A DNA stretch of 64,000 nt from positions 9,052,001 to 9,116,000 of the forward strand of contig JBHGNT010000021.1 in the NCBI GenBank assembly GCA_043228905.1. Reading direction: 5' to 3'. Every line of letters starts with the position of its first letter. Position 1 is the stretch's first letter. Positions 45,136 to 58,358 of this stretch are shown here, piece by piece. The notes beneath the pieces are model-generated. The model ran no database searches, had not been told where the DNA came from, and saw only the letters and a list, made by a program, of their open reading frames with translations. Both the position numbers and the translations under genes were made by a program. The stretch is from Azolla caroliniana (Eukaryota; Plantae; Polypodiophyta).

Positions 45136-45488
45136 CATCCGTACACCTCAGCCCGTGCTTGATTTGTTTGTCTCGACTGTCGCCCATCCAATCCGTCTAG
45201 TCCACATCTGGCCCGATTCCGGGTAGTTCTATCCGGCCGGTCCGTTACGGAGTGAGCCACCCTCTCGTGTTGCAGGAAAAGGACGGCCACAGATAAGGCC
45301 GGGAACTACGCAGCAATGAAAACCACTTCGAGAGTGGGCGTAAGTTTCGGAACGTGATTGCCCGAAACATTCTACAAGGAGGTAGCAAGCATAACTGAGG
45401 CTTGCGGAATCGAGGAAGAGATAGCCACGGACCATGGTGTCCGAATGAAGCTGGCTACGAACATGACATCGAGGAGTGATGGTGCGGG

Positions 45489-46582
45489 TGTCGCGAAAAT
45501 ACGACGAGAACACGTGAACTTGATGCAAGACCCCGGGGCCTCCGACCAGAGGATATCATATTTGTGTGTTTATACTTTTAACAATTAAGAGAAATAAGAA
45601 ATTTAATAATTTCCATTAACAAAGGAAAAGAAATTACAATATGTCCTAAGATTGGGATTCAGAAGTTTAGGTTTACTAAGTTTAATAGAAAAGAAAAATT
45701 AGGGGTTTTGAGAGATATGGCTTCCGTAGGGAAAATTAGGGTTTTTGGATTCCGTAAGGAAATTAGGGTTTATGGGAGATATGGCTTCCATAAGGAAAAT
45801 TAGGGTTAATGGCTTCTGTAAGGACATTAGGGTTTATGGGATATATGGCTTCCGTAAGGAAAATTAGGGTTTATGACTTCCGTAAGGAAATTTAGGGTTT
45901 ATGAGAGTTATGGCTTCCATAAGATAAGGAGCTGAGAAGGAAAAGAAAAATAATATGGAGAGAGAGTATGAGTATAGGAAAAAAATGGAATATATATGGA
46001 GTTCCCCGTTGATCATATGCATGTCCATTTTTTGTTGCATGGCCTCTACTTTTAGTTGCATCTATTTTTAGTTGCATGGCTTTTTCTTTTAGTTGCATGC
46101 GACCTTTTACTTTAGTTTTCTTCACTTCACTTTAATTAGCCACATGATCCTATCAACTGTTTGGTTTGCGTCCAGCCTCGTCCGGTCGCCGATTGCTACC
46201 ACCTCGCGGGCTCACCCGCCGGTTCCAGTTTGCTTACCGACTGGTTTCCGGTTTTGCTTACCAACTAGTTCCGGTTTTGCCTACCGGCCGGTTCCGGTTG
46301 GTTTCGGTTTTGCTTACCAGCCGGTTTCCGATTTTGCTTACCGATTGGTTTCCGATTTTGCTTACCGACTGGTTCCAGTTTTGCTTACTGACCAGGTTCC
46401 GGTTTAGCTTACCGGCCGTTCCGATGTTTCTTAACAATCGGTTTCGGTTTTGCTTACCGGCCGGCTTTCGGTTTTTGGGAACTTGGCCACCATCAACGAT
46501 CAAGACAAAGTGGCCAAAGTGTTCTTAGCACAAATGAAAAATGAGGGATCTCAAGGTGCTTATATAGCCAGAGCCTTAAGTT
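45489..46582 (-). repeat. Second inverted partial F-related LTR (TATA to U5 end) with telo-box and ~20-bp tandem repeats
   Basis: Reverse complement matches 53331-54755, for example CTATATAAGCACCTTGA...CACTTTGGCCACTTT. Confidence 0.85.
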
Positions 46583-47466
46583 GTGGTAAGCAAAACCGGA
46601 ACCGAAAATGGCAAGCAAACCGCTACCGAAACTGGTCGGCAAGCAAACCGGAACTGGCCGGCAAGCAAAATCGGAATCGGAATCGGAACCGGCAAGCAAA
46701 CCAGAACCGGCCGAAGAGGGATTCAACGATCGGGCGAAACCGGCTACCGAATGAGGTTGGACGTGGACGGTCAGAAGATTGGATCATGCAACAAACTAAA
46801 GTAAAGTGAAGAGAACTAAAGTAAAGGCCATGTGGACACAAGCAACTAAAGTTGGAGTGCATGCAAAAATAAAGGTCATGTGAACGGTCGCATGCAACTA
46901 AAAGAAAAAGCCATGCAACTAAAAATAGATGCAACTAAAAGAAAAAGCTAAGCAACTAAAAGTAGAGGCCATGCAACAAAAAGTGGACATGCAGATGATC
47001 AAGGGAGAACTCCATATAAAATTCCATTTTTTTTCCTACGCTCAGGCTCTCTCCATATTATCTTAATATTTTTTCTTTTCCTTCTGAGCTCTCTTATCTT
47101 ATTGAAGCCAAGAACCCTAAATTTCCTTACGGAAGGCCTAAACCCTAATTTTCCCTACGGAAGCTATATAATTTTCCTATCGAATCCGTATCTTAGTTTC
47201 TTCTAATCTATTATTCTAGTAATCTCTAGAAGCTAAAATTTTTGTAATCCCAATCTTGGGATTGATTGTAATTATTCTTTTCTATTTATTAATGAAATTT
47301 GTCAATCTTTCTCATTTCCATTAATTGTTTGATATAAGCATACAAATTTGATATCTTCCGGTCGGAGGCCCAGGATCTTGCCTCAAAGTTCACATATCCT
47401 CGTCGTAATTTCGTGACATCTTTGGTGAACCCGACGTGAAACGAGGCAGTAGGAGGATATCAAGTA

Positions 47467-50400
47467 TGAAGTTGGCTTCGACAAGTGGAACTCAAGGAGA
47501 ACAATTGAAGAAAGGCATGGTGTCCGTCGTCGAATTCATGTTGAAAGAGAGAGATCAGGAGGCTTTAGTCTACAAAGCTGTTGACCGAACTGTGGAGACA
47601 GCTGGAAGATTCAGTGGCAAGAACATCACAAATTTCCTTGCTACCTACCGGAACAGGATGCAACAAAGAGATGTCCATGATCTAAAACAAAATTTCAAGC
47701 TTTAAGCGTGTGGTAGAACACGGGATCTGTGAGCGTGTGATGGAGATCCAAAACGAGCATGCAACTTGGGCAAAGTTTGAAAGGGCTCTTCTCATTGAAT
47801 ACATGCTTGAAGACACATCACGGATGACTCGGCATACGTTAATGAATTGGATCGAGAAGAAAGGGAAGAATCTGTGTGCATCGGGAGTTTATGCCGAATT
47901 CGACCAGAAGTACAACCGACTTCCGAGTGTCGAGCAACGAGTTCTCGATGGAGATAAAGTCTTACTATTCCTAAAGGCAGTGGATGCGAAAGATCGGCGA
48001 GAATTGGGTAGCTTCTTGGAGGACGAAACGCAACCAAGTGGCTTGGTAGCGGACTAGGCGGTGGTGAAGAAGGCTTGCAGCCGTTTTGATAAGTGGCGAC
48101 AATGGCAAGAGGAAGTTGAGGTCGAGAATCCACAATTGTGGAAGAAGGTACCTACGACGATTGAGCCTGGTAAGCCGATCAACAAATTCGACAAGAAAGC
48201 AATGGAGGAGTCTATAATTGAAGAGCTCTCCAAGAAGTTTGAAGCGGTATCGCTAGCCAACTTAGGTCGACGCGGGCCCAAGGGAAAAGAAGCGTATAGA
48301 TGTGTGTGGTGCGATAGCTTCGAACACTCACGAAGGGAATGTGCTCATTTGCAAGATGCGATCCGCAAGAATGTCATCTATTTGGACGGCAACATGATTC
48401 ACTCGAGCGAGACCCGGAAGCCACTCGAGTGAACTTCGGAAGAGGTGGGCTGAAAAAGATTGTAGAAGAAGAAGATGCAAGGCATGTGGAGGCTATGCAC
48501 TATGCCGCTTCGGCTGGGATACGAGTTGGAAAAGAGAATCTTAAAATGATCAAGCCAGGAGCTAGGTTTTGGCCAACGGTCTTCGAGTGCAAAGAAAAAG
48601 GCAAAATCAATTCGGAGGATCTAAAACTTGCTGACCGAAACGTGCGACGAGCTACCGGATGGTCAGATCCAATCGACAAAAATAGAAGCTTTGCGGAGGT
48701 TGTGTGTGACACCTATGAAGCCCTTGTTGAAGAGAAGAGGAAAAGAATCGGTGAAGAAGATGGCACATCAAAGCATCCTAACACGAGGAATGGAGGGAAA
48801 GAAGGGCCACCCCAACCTATCCCAAGAAAAGAGATTGGTGAAACAAACATGAAGCCCGGTGTATCGAGCCAACTTGCTCGGATGGAAGTCGAAGAATCAA
48901 CGAAGAAAGGAAAAGAACGAGCGGCACTAACTTACAAGCTAAGGTTGGACATAGAACAAACAACTAGCTTGCGAAAGGTCCTTGAGGAGAAGGTTTTAGA
49001 CAGTCATGTCGACCTTACCTTGAGAGAGCTACTTGGGATCGCGAAGAAGGAGTTCCATGATACTATCATGGACCTTATTAAAAGGAAGCGGCAACAATCT
49101 GATGAAGAGGAGGTGAAAACAAGTGCCATAACCATGGCAAGATCGGAAGAGGAGGAGGAAGAAGAAGTGGTGGCGGATAGCCATTACTCTCAGCCTCATT
49201 GGGCAAGAGCGACAACGGAGACACCACTGAAGATCGGGGAGAAGAAAGAGACCGTGGTCACTTTGATTGACCATGGCTTAGAGATCAACCTCATGTCGAC
49301 CGAGTTCTACAAGAAAGGAAGATGACCGATTAATACAAACCACGGATGGAAGATTCGATGGCGACGAAGGCTACGGAGGACTTGTACGGAGCTTGCCCCA
49401 ACGTTAAAGTCACGATTGGGGATGTGAAGATTTATCAACACTTCTTCGTGCAAGACTCGGCTTCACATCCTGTCATCCTAGGACAACCGTATATAACATC
49501 GTCCCGGATGGAGACCAAGGTGTTCGATAATGGAGCAGCCTTCGCGCGCGTCAAGAGTCTTGATAGTAAAAGATTTGTTCAATTCCTAACGGTGCGAGCT
49601 AATCATGAAAGGAATCGAGATAGCCTTGGAGGCGAATCGTCGGATTTTTAAAGCGGACTATTGAAACATGGGGCACAAATAGTCCGAGTAATCATAAGTC
49701 CCCACAAGGAAGCAGAGTGTGTGGATTGCAAGGAGAACCAACATGTGTCACACCTAGCGACGCATGCAAACTAAGACTACTCAATAAGAAGGAAAAGTGT
49801 CAAATACAAGACTTCGAGGAGGTGCTGAAAGAAGAAAGGATAATCGAAGAAGAAGAATTCGTGTCATATATTCTGGAGGAAGCCTCATTTAACGACACTA
49901 TCAACGAAATCGAGGAAGTCGTGGACTTGAGCTATCCTCACCATCAACATGTGATTTCGGTTAACTCCGTCAACATGGATACTATCATCGATGAGTATCA
50001 TCGAGGCATCTTGATAGAGGAAGCCGAAGTCAACACAAAATATAAAACCATGGATAGGAAGATCAAGCCAATTGCAGTTCCGCTACCGGAAGATAGCTGG
50101 CAAAAGATGAAGGAAGTTGCAAAAGATCCAAGCTTAAGGAATCCAAATACAATTTGTCACGTCTTCACTGAAGAGACGAAGGGAAAGCTATGAGTTGGAC
50201 GGGAGGATTTCCTCCTTCCTGAAGAGGAGCGGATGTTTCGTGGAATGCTTGAAAGACATGTGAAGGCTTTCGCGTTTTTCCCACAAGAAATCGGGTGTGC
50301 TAATACAAGGACGGTAGAACCGATGGTGATCTTCACGGTGCCGCATGTGCCTTGGAATTTGAAACCGATACCGGTTCTGAGAGCACACCTACCGAAGTTG

Positions 50401-53038
50401 ATCAAGCTCTTAAAGGAGAAGGTGAGGATGGGAATTCTAGAACCGTCGAACGCTCCTTATTCTAATAGGTGGTTCACGATGCCAAAGAAGAATGGATCGT
50501 TGCGATTCATTCAAGATCTTCAACCCGTCAACAAGGTGACAATTCGGAATGTTGGAATCGGTCCGAGTGTGGATGAATTTGCCGAGGCGATTGCGGGCCG
50601 GTCCATCTACTCCATCGGCGATCTCTACTCTAGCTACGATCAATTCTAGTTGGCGGTCGACAGTTGTGACATTACAACCATGAGAACTCCAATCGGGTTG
50701 GTGCAGATGTGTACCTTACCTCAGGGCGCAACGAACTCAGTGGCTCATATGGGGAATGCCATGAACAAGGTCTTGAAGGATTGCATCCCGGATATCACGA
50801 TGCCATTCTTAGATGATATTCCGATAAAAGGATGTTCAGATGAAGAGAAGGATGAATCAAAAGATAAGGATGAATCAAAAGATAAGGATGGATGTAGAAA
50901 GTTCGTCGTGGATCATATGAAAGATTGCGAGAAGGTGCTCCAAAGGCTCGAAGATGCGAATTTGACATTTTCAGGAGAAAAATCCACATTCGGGCAACCA
51001 AAGATCTTGGTGGTAGGTCACTTGTGTGGAGCATACGGTCGGAAGCCTTTGCCATCCAAGGTGAATGCAATCCAAGACATGAAAGAAGAATGCGTAACCC
51101 AAACGGAGGTTCGAAGGTTCCTTGGAGCATGCGCGTTTTATCATATTTGGATTCCACACTACGCCCACATTGCTAAGCCATTATATGGTCTACTAAACAA
51201 GAATCGGATGTTCGAATGGACAAGCGAGCATACAATCGCCATCCGAAGGGTGAAGAAATTATTGATGGAGGCACCTGCATTACAGAAAGCGGACTATTCA
51301 TACGGCAAGCCCATTTTCGTGACCGTGGATACTAGTCCAATCGGAATTGGATGGGTTATCAACCAAGAAGATGAAGATTGCAACCGATATGCAATTCGGT
51401 TTGGCGCGAAAGTGTTAAGTGACAGGCAAAAGGCAAAGAAGGTATGCCCAAGTGAAGAGGGAACTATGGGGAATTGTCTCGGCAATCAAATCTGATCGTG
51501 ATTACCTTATTGGAGCAGAAGCCTACCAATTTTGGGTATGATATCTAGTTGTAATACACCGGATATTGCTATGTTGCATTGGATTGCATATATCAAATCA
51601 CTCAACCCGGAGATCCGTCATGTAGCTGGGAAGCGTAATGTCATTGCAGACATGCTATTACGAGCGAGATATGACGGAGAAGAAGATCAACATTCTGATG
51701 AAGATGATGTTGGCTTGGATTTCTTTGCAAGTTCCTACACTCGGGTGTTGACTACTTTCATAGAAGAGGACTACGAAGGCGAATTCGTGGAGATCGGGAA
51801 ATACTTGAGTTCTCTCCAAAAAGATGAATCATGGTCGACGGAAGACTTCCATCGAATTCAGAAGAAGGCATACAAGTATTTCCTTAAGGATGGAGCTCTT
51901 TGGAGGCATGAAAAAAAGAAGAATGGGACTCCGATGAGAGTTGTCTGCAAGCTAGAAGACCAACAAAAACTAATGTCCGAATTTCATGATAATGTTTTTG
52001 CAGGCCATCGAAGAATATGGGCTACGTTTGCGAAGCTTAAGGAGAAATATTGGTGGCTGGGCATCTACAAAGATGTAGCAGCTTATGTGGAAACATGTAA
52101 GGAATGTCAGATGTTTTTGAATATTCGCCATCGAGATGGAATTCATCTGACTTACTCGCTAGCTATGCATTACAAGTGGATGGTGGACATCGTGATGATG
52201 CCAATGGGGCGATGGCAGATGAAGTATCTTGTGCTCGCGAGAGAGGATCTTACCAATCAAGTTGAAAGGCGAGCATTAAGAACTAAGGAGTTATGGATGC
52301 GACGACAAGATAGTGGCTGATAGAGGCGAGTTGGACGCCAATGAAGCTAGAGAATTCTTCTCGAGGATGGGAATCAAATTATCTCTAACCATGGCGTATA
52401 ATCCGGAAGCAAATGGGAAGGTGGAACGTGGACATGGACCGATTGTGAAGGCTCTAGTGAAAGCTTGCCATGGGAAAATAGGACAATGGTCGCGTCTATT
52501 GCCATTTGCACTATGGGCTGACAGGACTACTCATAGCATGGTGACGGGATACATGTCGGTAGAGCTCATATTCAGACAAAAGCCGATAATGCCTATAGAA
52601 CAAAGTATTATTTCATGGTTTACATTGCCATGGCAAGATGAGATAAGTAGAGAAGATCTTCTAGCATTGAGGATTCGACAATTAGAGCGGAATTTGGAAG
52701 ATATAGAGGTAGCTAAAGCGCGGATAAAGAATGCAAGGCTAAAGAACAAGAAAGACTTTGATAAACGACATCGACTTCGGCCGAGGAAAATCGTTGAAGG
52801 AGATTGGGTGCTAGTTTATGACAGTAGCCTAGATAACCAACATAGTACGGCTCGAAAATTCTCACAACGATGGTTTGGGCCATATGTGGTGAAGAAAGTG
52901 GAAGATAATGCAACATATCATTTAGTAGAACTGGATGGTACAGCACTTGCCTTGCCAATTGCCGATAAAAGAATCAAGATCTTCAAGAGAAGAGATAGAA
53001 TAGAATTGGATTCGAAGCTTTTGACGATTCAATCTTAA
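47467..53038 (+). pseudogene. gag-pol: gag-PR (47467-49651) and pol (49648-53038) of element F
   Basis: Collinear ORF fragments homologous to those of D, with many stops and frameshifts. Confidence 0.9.
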
Positions 53039-53125
53039 GCATCGATGAAAAAGTATAGTAAACAAAAGTGAAGCCTCACCAAAATTGGCACATACCGGTG
53101 GATGTGCAGGTTTGGTGGGGGCGAA

Positions 53126-54755
53126 TGTCGTGTGAATCTTCACACACTATGTAATAAAATAATGAAATAATTATTATAGATTAGATAAGTAGCTTACTAT
53201 AGAAAGATGGATATACTCAAGAGCTTCAAAACGTATTTTACTATATACAAAATGGAGAAATACATATCAAGTTATGTGAGAATGAAGTTTGAGAAGATAG
53301 GGGAATTAGAACTATCCCACATAGATAGGAAACTTAAGGCCCTAGCTATATAAGCACCTTGACCTCCCTCATTTTTCATTTGTTCTAAGAGCACTTTGGC
53401 CACTTTATCTTGATAGATGATGGTGGCCACGTTCCCAAAAACTAGAAACCGACCGGTAACCAAATCCAAAAACCGGCCGGTATGCAAACCGGAAACCGGT
53501 CGGTAAGCAAATCCAGAAACCGGTCGGCAAGCAAAACCGGAAATCGGCTGGTAAGAAAATCTGGAAACCAGTTAGTAAGCAAATCTAGAAACCGGCCGAT
53601 AATCAAATCCGGAAACTGGCCGGTAAGCAAAACCGAAACCGAAACCGGCAAGCAAACCGGAACTAGTCGGCAAACAAACCAGAACTAGCTGGCAAGCAAA
53701 ATGGAACCGGTCGACGAGGGATTCGGCGATCGGGCGAAACCGGCTACCGGATGAGGTTGGACGCGGACGGACGGAAGATTGGATCATGCAACAAACTAAA
53801 GTAAAGTGAAGAGAACTAAAGTAAAGGTCATGTGGATGCAAGCAACTAAAGTTGGAGTGCATGCAAAAAGTAAAGGTCATGTGGACGGTCGCATGCAACT
53901 AAAAGAAAAAGCTAATTTCCAGCAAGCAAAACCGGAAATCGGCTGGTAAGCAAATCCGGAAACCGGCCGATAATTAAATCTGGAAACTGGCCAGTAAGCA
54001 AAACCGAAACCGAAACCGGCAAGCAAACCAGAACCAGTCGGCAAGCAAACCAGAACCAGCCAGCAAGCAAAATGGAACCGGCCGACGAGGGATTCGGCGA
54101 TCGGGCGGAACCGGCTACCGAATGAGGTTGGAAGCGGACGGACGGAAGATTGGATCATGCAACAAACTAAAGTAAAGTGAAGAGAACTAAAGTAAAGGTC
54201 ATGTGGATGCAAGCAACTAAAGTTGGAGTGCATGCAAAAAGTAAAGGTCATGTGGATAGTTGCATTCAACTAAAAGAAAAAGCTAAGCAACTAAAAGTAG
54301 AGGCCATGCAACAAAAAGTGGATATGCAGATGATCAAGGGAGAACTCCATATAAAATTCCATTTTTTTTCCTACACTCAGGCTCTCTCCATATTATCTTA
54401 ATTTTATTTTTTTTCCTTCTGAGCTCTCTTATCTTATCGAAGCCAAGAACCCTAAATTTCCTTACGGAAGTCATAAACCCTAATTTTCCCTACGGAAGCC
54501 ATATAATTTTCCTATCGAATCCGTATCTTAGTTTCCTCTAATCTATTATTCTAGTAATCTCCACAAGCTAAAACTTTTGTAATCCCAATCTTGGGATTGA
54601 TTGTAATTATTCTTTTCTATTTATTAATGAAATTTGTCAATCTTTCTCATTTTCCATTAATTGTTTAATATAAGCATACGAATTTAATATCTTCCGGTCA
54701 GAGGCCCCGGGGTCTTGCCTCAAAGTTCACGTATCCTCGTCGTAATTTCGCGACA
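53126..54755 (+). repeat. 3' LTR of F (1630 bp) with an array of ~20-bp GGTAAGCAAAACCGGAAACC-like repeats and a ~360-bp internal duplication
   Basis: TGTCG...CGACA ends. Block ~53530-53912 is repeated at ~53922-54290. Confidence 0.9.
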
Positions 54756-54820
54756 CCGGTATGTGGAGAAACGACGAGCGACGACACCGGACCCAACCAA
54801 CGCAACACGGAGGCCAAGCG

Positions 54821-54845
54821 AGGGTTTAGGGTTTAGGGTTTAGGG
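54821..54845 (+). repeat. Three and a half plant telomere repeats (TTTAGGG)
   Basis: AGGGTTTAGGGTTTAGGGTTTAGGG. Confidence 0.9.
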
Positions 54846-56087
54846 GACACTGGGTATATGGGAAGCGAGGAGCGTGCATACGGTCGATCAAGGGCCATGG
54901 GACGAGCACGTGTACAAGAGAAGATCGCGGCAAACGACCTGTCGACAACTCGACCAAGCCTATAGGAAGTCAAGCGCGGAATGGAGAGAGACGACACGCT
55001 GAGATGCTGGGGACGAGGAGACGGTCAAACCAAAGGAGGCACACACGCAACACGCGAGGCACGGAATCCAGCATACAACCGGAGTAACCGGGAGCCTAAT
55101 CGGAGGGCATACGTGGCGAATAAAGGAGGAGCGACCGAATCGGCAACGGTGTTCCAGAGGACCAATCGGGGAAGAAGGTGTGAGCATTGGATATGGCGGA
55201 TCAGATGGATCGGGGTCGGTAGGAGCCGGCAAGGTGGTTAGGTGCCGGGATGACGGAGAACCCGGTTGATCACCGTCGCGGAAATCTCTCACCTTTTCCT
55301 TTCATGGCACATACCAATGGTTGTGCGGTTTGGTGGGGGTGGATGTCGTCAAGATTTTTGGCTTTGGTGTGAAACTAGGATGGAATGGGCAAGTCAGCAA
55401 TGTGCAACATGTGCACATGTCTAGTAGGGAAATGGTGTATAGAATAAGGGGGAGAATTTATCCCACATTGTAACGTCCCTCCCTCCTTGGGTTATAAAAG
55501 GAAGGGAAGGTCCCTTGTAAAAGGGTTGCCCATTTTAAGTTAGGAGGCTATACCACTTAGATCGAGGGTTTAGTAGCTTTCTTCTTATTATTTTCTTTTA
55601 GAGTTTCTTTGGGGTCTTCTCCTTCGTGTCTGTTTAGGGTTTAGTCCGGTTAAGAGCTTGTATGTCCTCAGGGGTTTTCGCTTCTGCTCTGTCTCCTGTG
55701 CAAGACCCCGCTCGGCGCAACAAGCCCGAGAGCGCCCTGATTTGTGGCTTGGCAGGAGACTGTTGTTGTAACCTAACCTACCTTGGTCCAGCTCAACGTC
55801 GGAGTTGTATCTTGCTCTTGTATATATATAATGAAGTTCTGTGCATCTGTGTCTATGTCGGTGTATTTGGAGTTCCTCCTTTCTAGGTTTTGTACGTAGG
55901 AAGCGTGTGTCTAATCAGTGTTCCGTGCACGTCCTTTTTCCTCTCTCATTCGGTTGCTCCTGGTACGCATCCGGAAACACTCAGGTGGGTGTCCTGGCTG
56001 GTTGCGGGAAATAGTGAAGCTCGACCTTCCATGCTCTGTCTCTCTCTGGTCCAAGACCCAGGTGGTCCCGCCCTGGATCTAACATGC

Positions 56088-56734
56088 TGTCGTGAAGAAA
56101 ACCGTCCACGAGCGGAATCGGTGCGCCGGAGCATAGGAACCGGCTCTTCATGCACGTACGCCTTATGTTGTACATAATAGAGAATTAGGGACATGGAAGA
56201 TCCTAGGTAGGTAGATTCGGTAGGTAGGAAGTTAATAGGAAATGGCTCCCTTCTTGCCTATAAAAGGAGGGAGACGAGGAAGAGGAAGGGATCGCGGAAT
56301 CAGAGAGGACGAAGTGCTGTCGGGCTGTCGGTCGAAGGCTTCTCTCTCTTCCATACTCTCCGTAGCTTCTTTCTGTGCAGGTTTCGTGAGGCTTGCGCTG
56401 CTCTGAGGAATGCCCGAGTGCTTCCGGCAGCACCTCCAACCTACTCCTTCCTTTCTGAGCGTTTGCGAACAGGCATCGGCATCTGTTCGCCAGCTTGTTC
56501 GGTTGTAACCGACTTCGTGCTTTTGTTGTTTGTCTCTGTTAATATATACTTACATACCGTTGTGCCTCTCTGTGTTGGTTTCCCCGCTCGCGTCTTCGTG
56601 TCGAAGGGCCGTGTCCTTGTGGATCTACGCTCGCACGTAGTGGGTCCCTTCCCTTCTCCTTTCCCTATTGCTCTTCGGTACAAGACCCCCGAGGTCCCGC
56701 CTCATTCCACGCATCCGCGAGGAGTACCTCGACA
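56088..56734 (+). repeat. Solo LTR A3 of family A
   Basis: Near-identical to the other A LTRs. Flanks ATGC and ACGC (TSD with one CpG transition). Confidence 0.95.
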
Positions 56735-58358
56735 ACGCGCGCACGGATTACCATGACAATGTCTTACTACTGTGGAGGTCGATGCCTCCAAAATCGCTGA
56801 ATTCACATTGTCCCTTGATGGACCTGCAGCCCGGTGGTACTCCCACGAAGATCCTGGGGAATTTGTGACGTTTCTGGACATTCATACTCAATTCCTGGAA
56901 CTTATCCACCACGAAATACCTAGGTGGGAATTGCTCCACTAGTTCTATGCTATATTACAGGAACCACATGAGACGGTTTCTCAGTTCATGATCCAATTCC
57001 AGGATCTTTATTGGCAACACGCTCAAGATGTCTTCACGAATCATTTAAAGTCACATTCCTTGCCAGCCTCTGGGAGCGCCTCCACACAATCCTTGCCTTC
57101 ACAGATTTTTCCCAACAAACCATCGAGCAAGTGGTCTTTCATGTCCTCACAATCGATAGAGCCCATCATAGCACTTCTTTTTTGATGGGCCCACTCCAAC
57201 ATGCCTTGCGGACCCACAAAGAAACCCAGTTTCAGCAAGCCCTCTAATGCAAAATGTGCATGCAATCTGGCCACTCGGTTGTGGATTGCCCGTTTCACCC
57301 ACATTGCCCAATTTGCCATTCTCGGGTGTATATTGTCAAACAATGTGAGTACAATATGCTTAATCGAACAACCTTTCCTCCTGTGTGATAGATCGAACCA
57401 CATCATGATCGCCCTCGACGAGATGATCATCCCCCTCCACGGAATAGAGATGTTGAGAGGCCTTGGTACGGCGATCAACATCCCCAAGATGATGGCGACT
57501 GACCCGAGCTGGATTGTTATCGCCGAGATAACCAATACCAATTGGAGGAGCTGCGTTATCACCTAGATAATCGACCACAACCTGAGGATGATCACTATCG
57601 ATATCTCAATGACCGCCATCGTCTGAACGACAACTATTACTGCTACGATTACAACCGAGAGGACTACTACAAACCGAGGTATCAACGACACGACCGATGG
57701 CCTCCCTATAATAATCACAGTCCTGAATCTCGGGCAATAATCAATGACCCTTCGACAACCATTGCCGAGACCCTCCACGCACAAATAATCGACGGCACCC
57801 CCAACCCGAGTATCAGGAAAACGCTCCCCATGTGTAGACATACGCCTCTCTGGATCATCCCTCACAAAATCAAATATCCCAATTGTAGCAAGGGGAATCT
57901 AGCAACTCGGCACTAGTAACGTGCTTTAACTGCAACCAACCAAGGGATGACGCCACTCTATGCCTGACAAATGACCGAGGTAAAGCACCTACTATAAACA
58001 TCATTATGGCGGACGTCCAACAAGTCACTAACCAAAGCAAAGACAATAAAAGACAATGGGAAATTCAAGACGAAGTCCGGCAGGCCCCCAAAAAATTGGT
58101 CGACACGACTAATTAGGCTAATACGGAGAGAATGTAGACTGATATGAACGATGTCACTATTAATCCCTTGGCTTTCTGCAAACTTATCGGGGAGCATGAC
58201 AATGACCTTGTGTGGCAAGCTCTCACAAGCTGCCAAATCTCCATGCCCTTACACGAACTACTACAATTGCTTCCCCGATTCAAGGACACAGTGGCATTTC
58301 TTACCACGGGTAAAGCGCCAACAACCTTGCCTATACACCAGGCAGAGCCGGGCACCGG

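Larger units (their letters stand above)
46583..54755 (+). mobile_element. Degenerate Ty3/gypsy element F (Phygy-like); 5' LTR truncated (46583-47418), 3' LTR 53126-54755
   Basis: Trp PBS 47423-47440, gag (CVWCDSFEHSRREC), PR, RT, RH and INT fragments at 47467-53038, PPT GGTGGGGGCGAA before 53126. Right flank CCGG. Confidence 0.92.
54756..56758 (+). mobile_element. 3' end of a probably non-autonomous Phygy-like element G (non-coding internal region, PPT, LTR 55344-56758 containing solo LTR A3)
   Basis: Same pre-PPT hairpin and PPT (GGTGGGGGTGGA) as A, D and F. LTR TGTCG...TGACA with TATAAAAG at ~55492. No integrase upstream. Right flank ATGT. Confidence 0.75.

Noticed and set aside
46205-46710. 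CRISPR-like array of ~20-bp repeats (also 53445-54070)
   Set aside because: Degenerate head-to-tail repeats with no unique spacers, inside eukaryotic LTRs and with no cas genes.
54821-54845. True telomere or chromosome end
   Set aside because: Only 3.5 repeats, embedded in continuous TE sequence.
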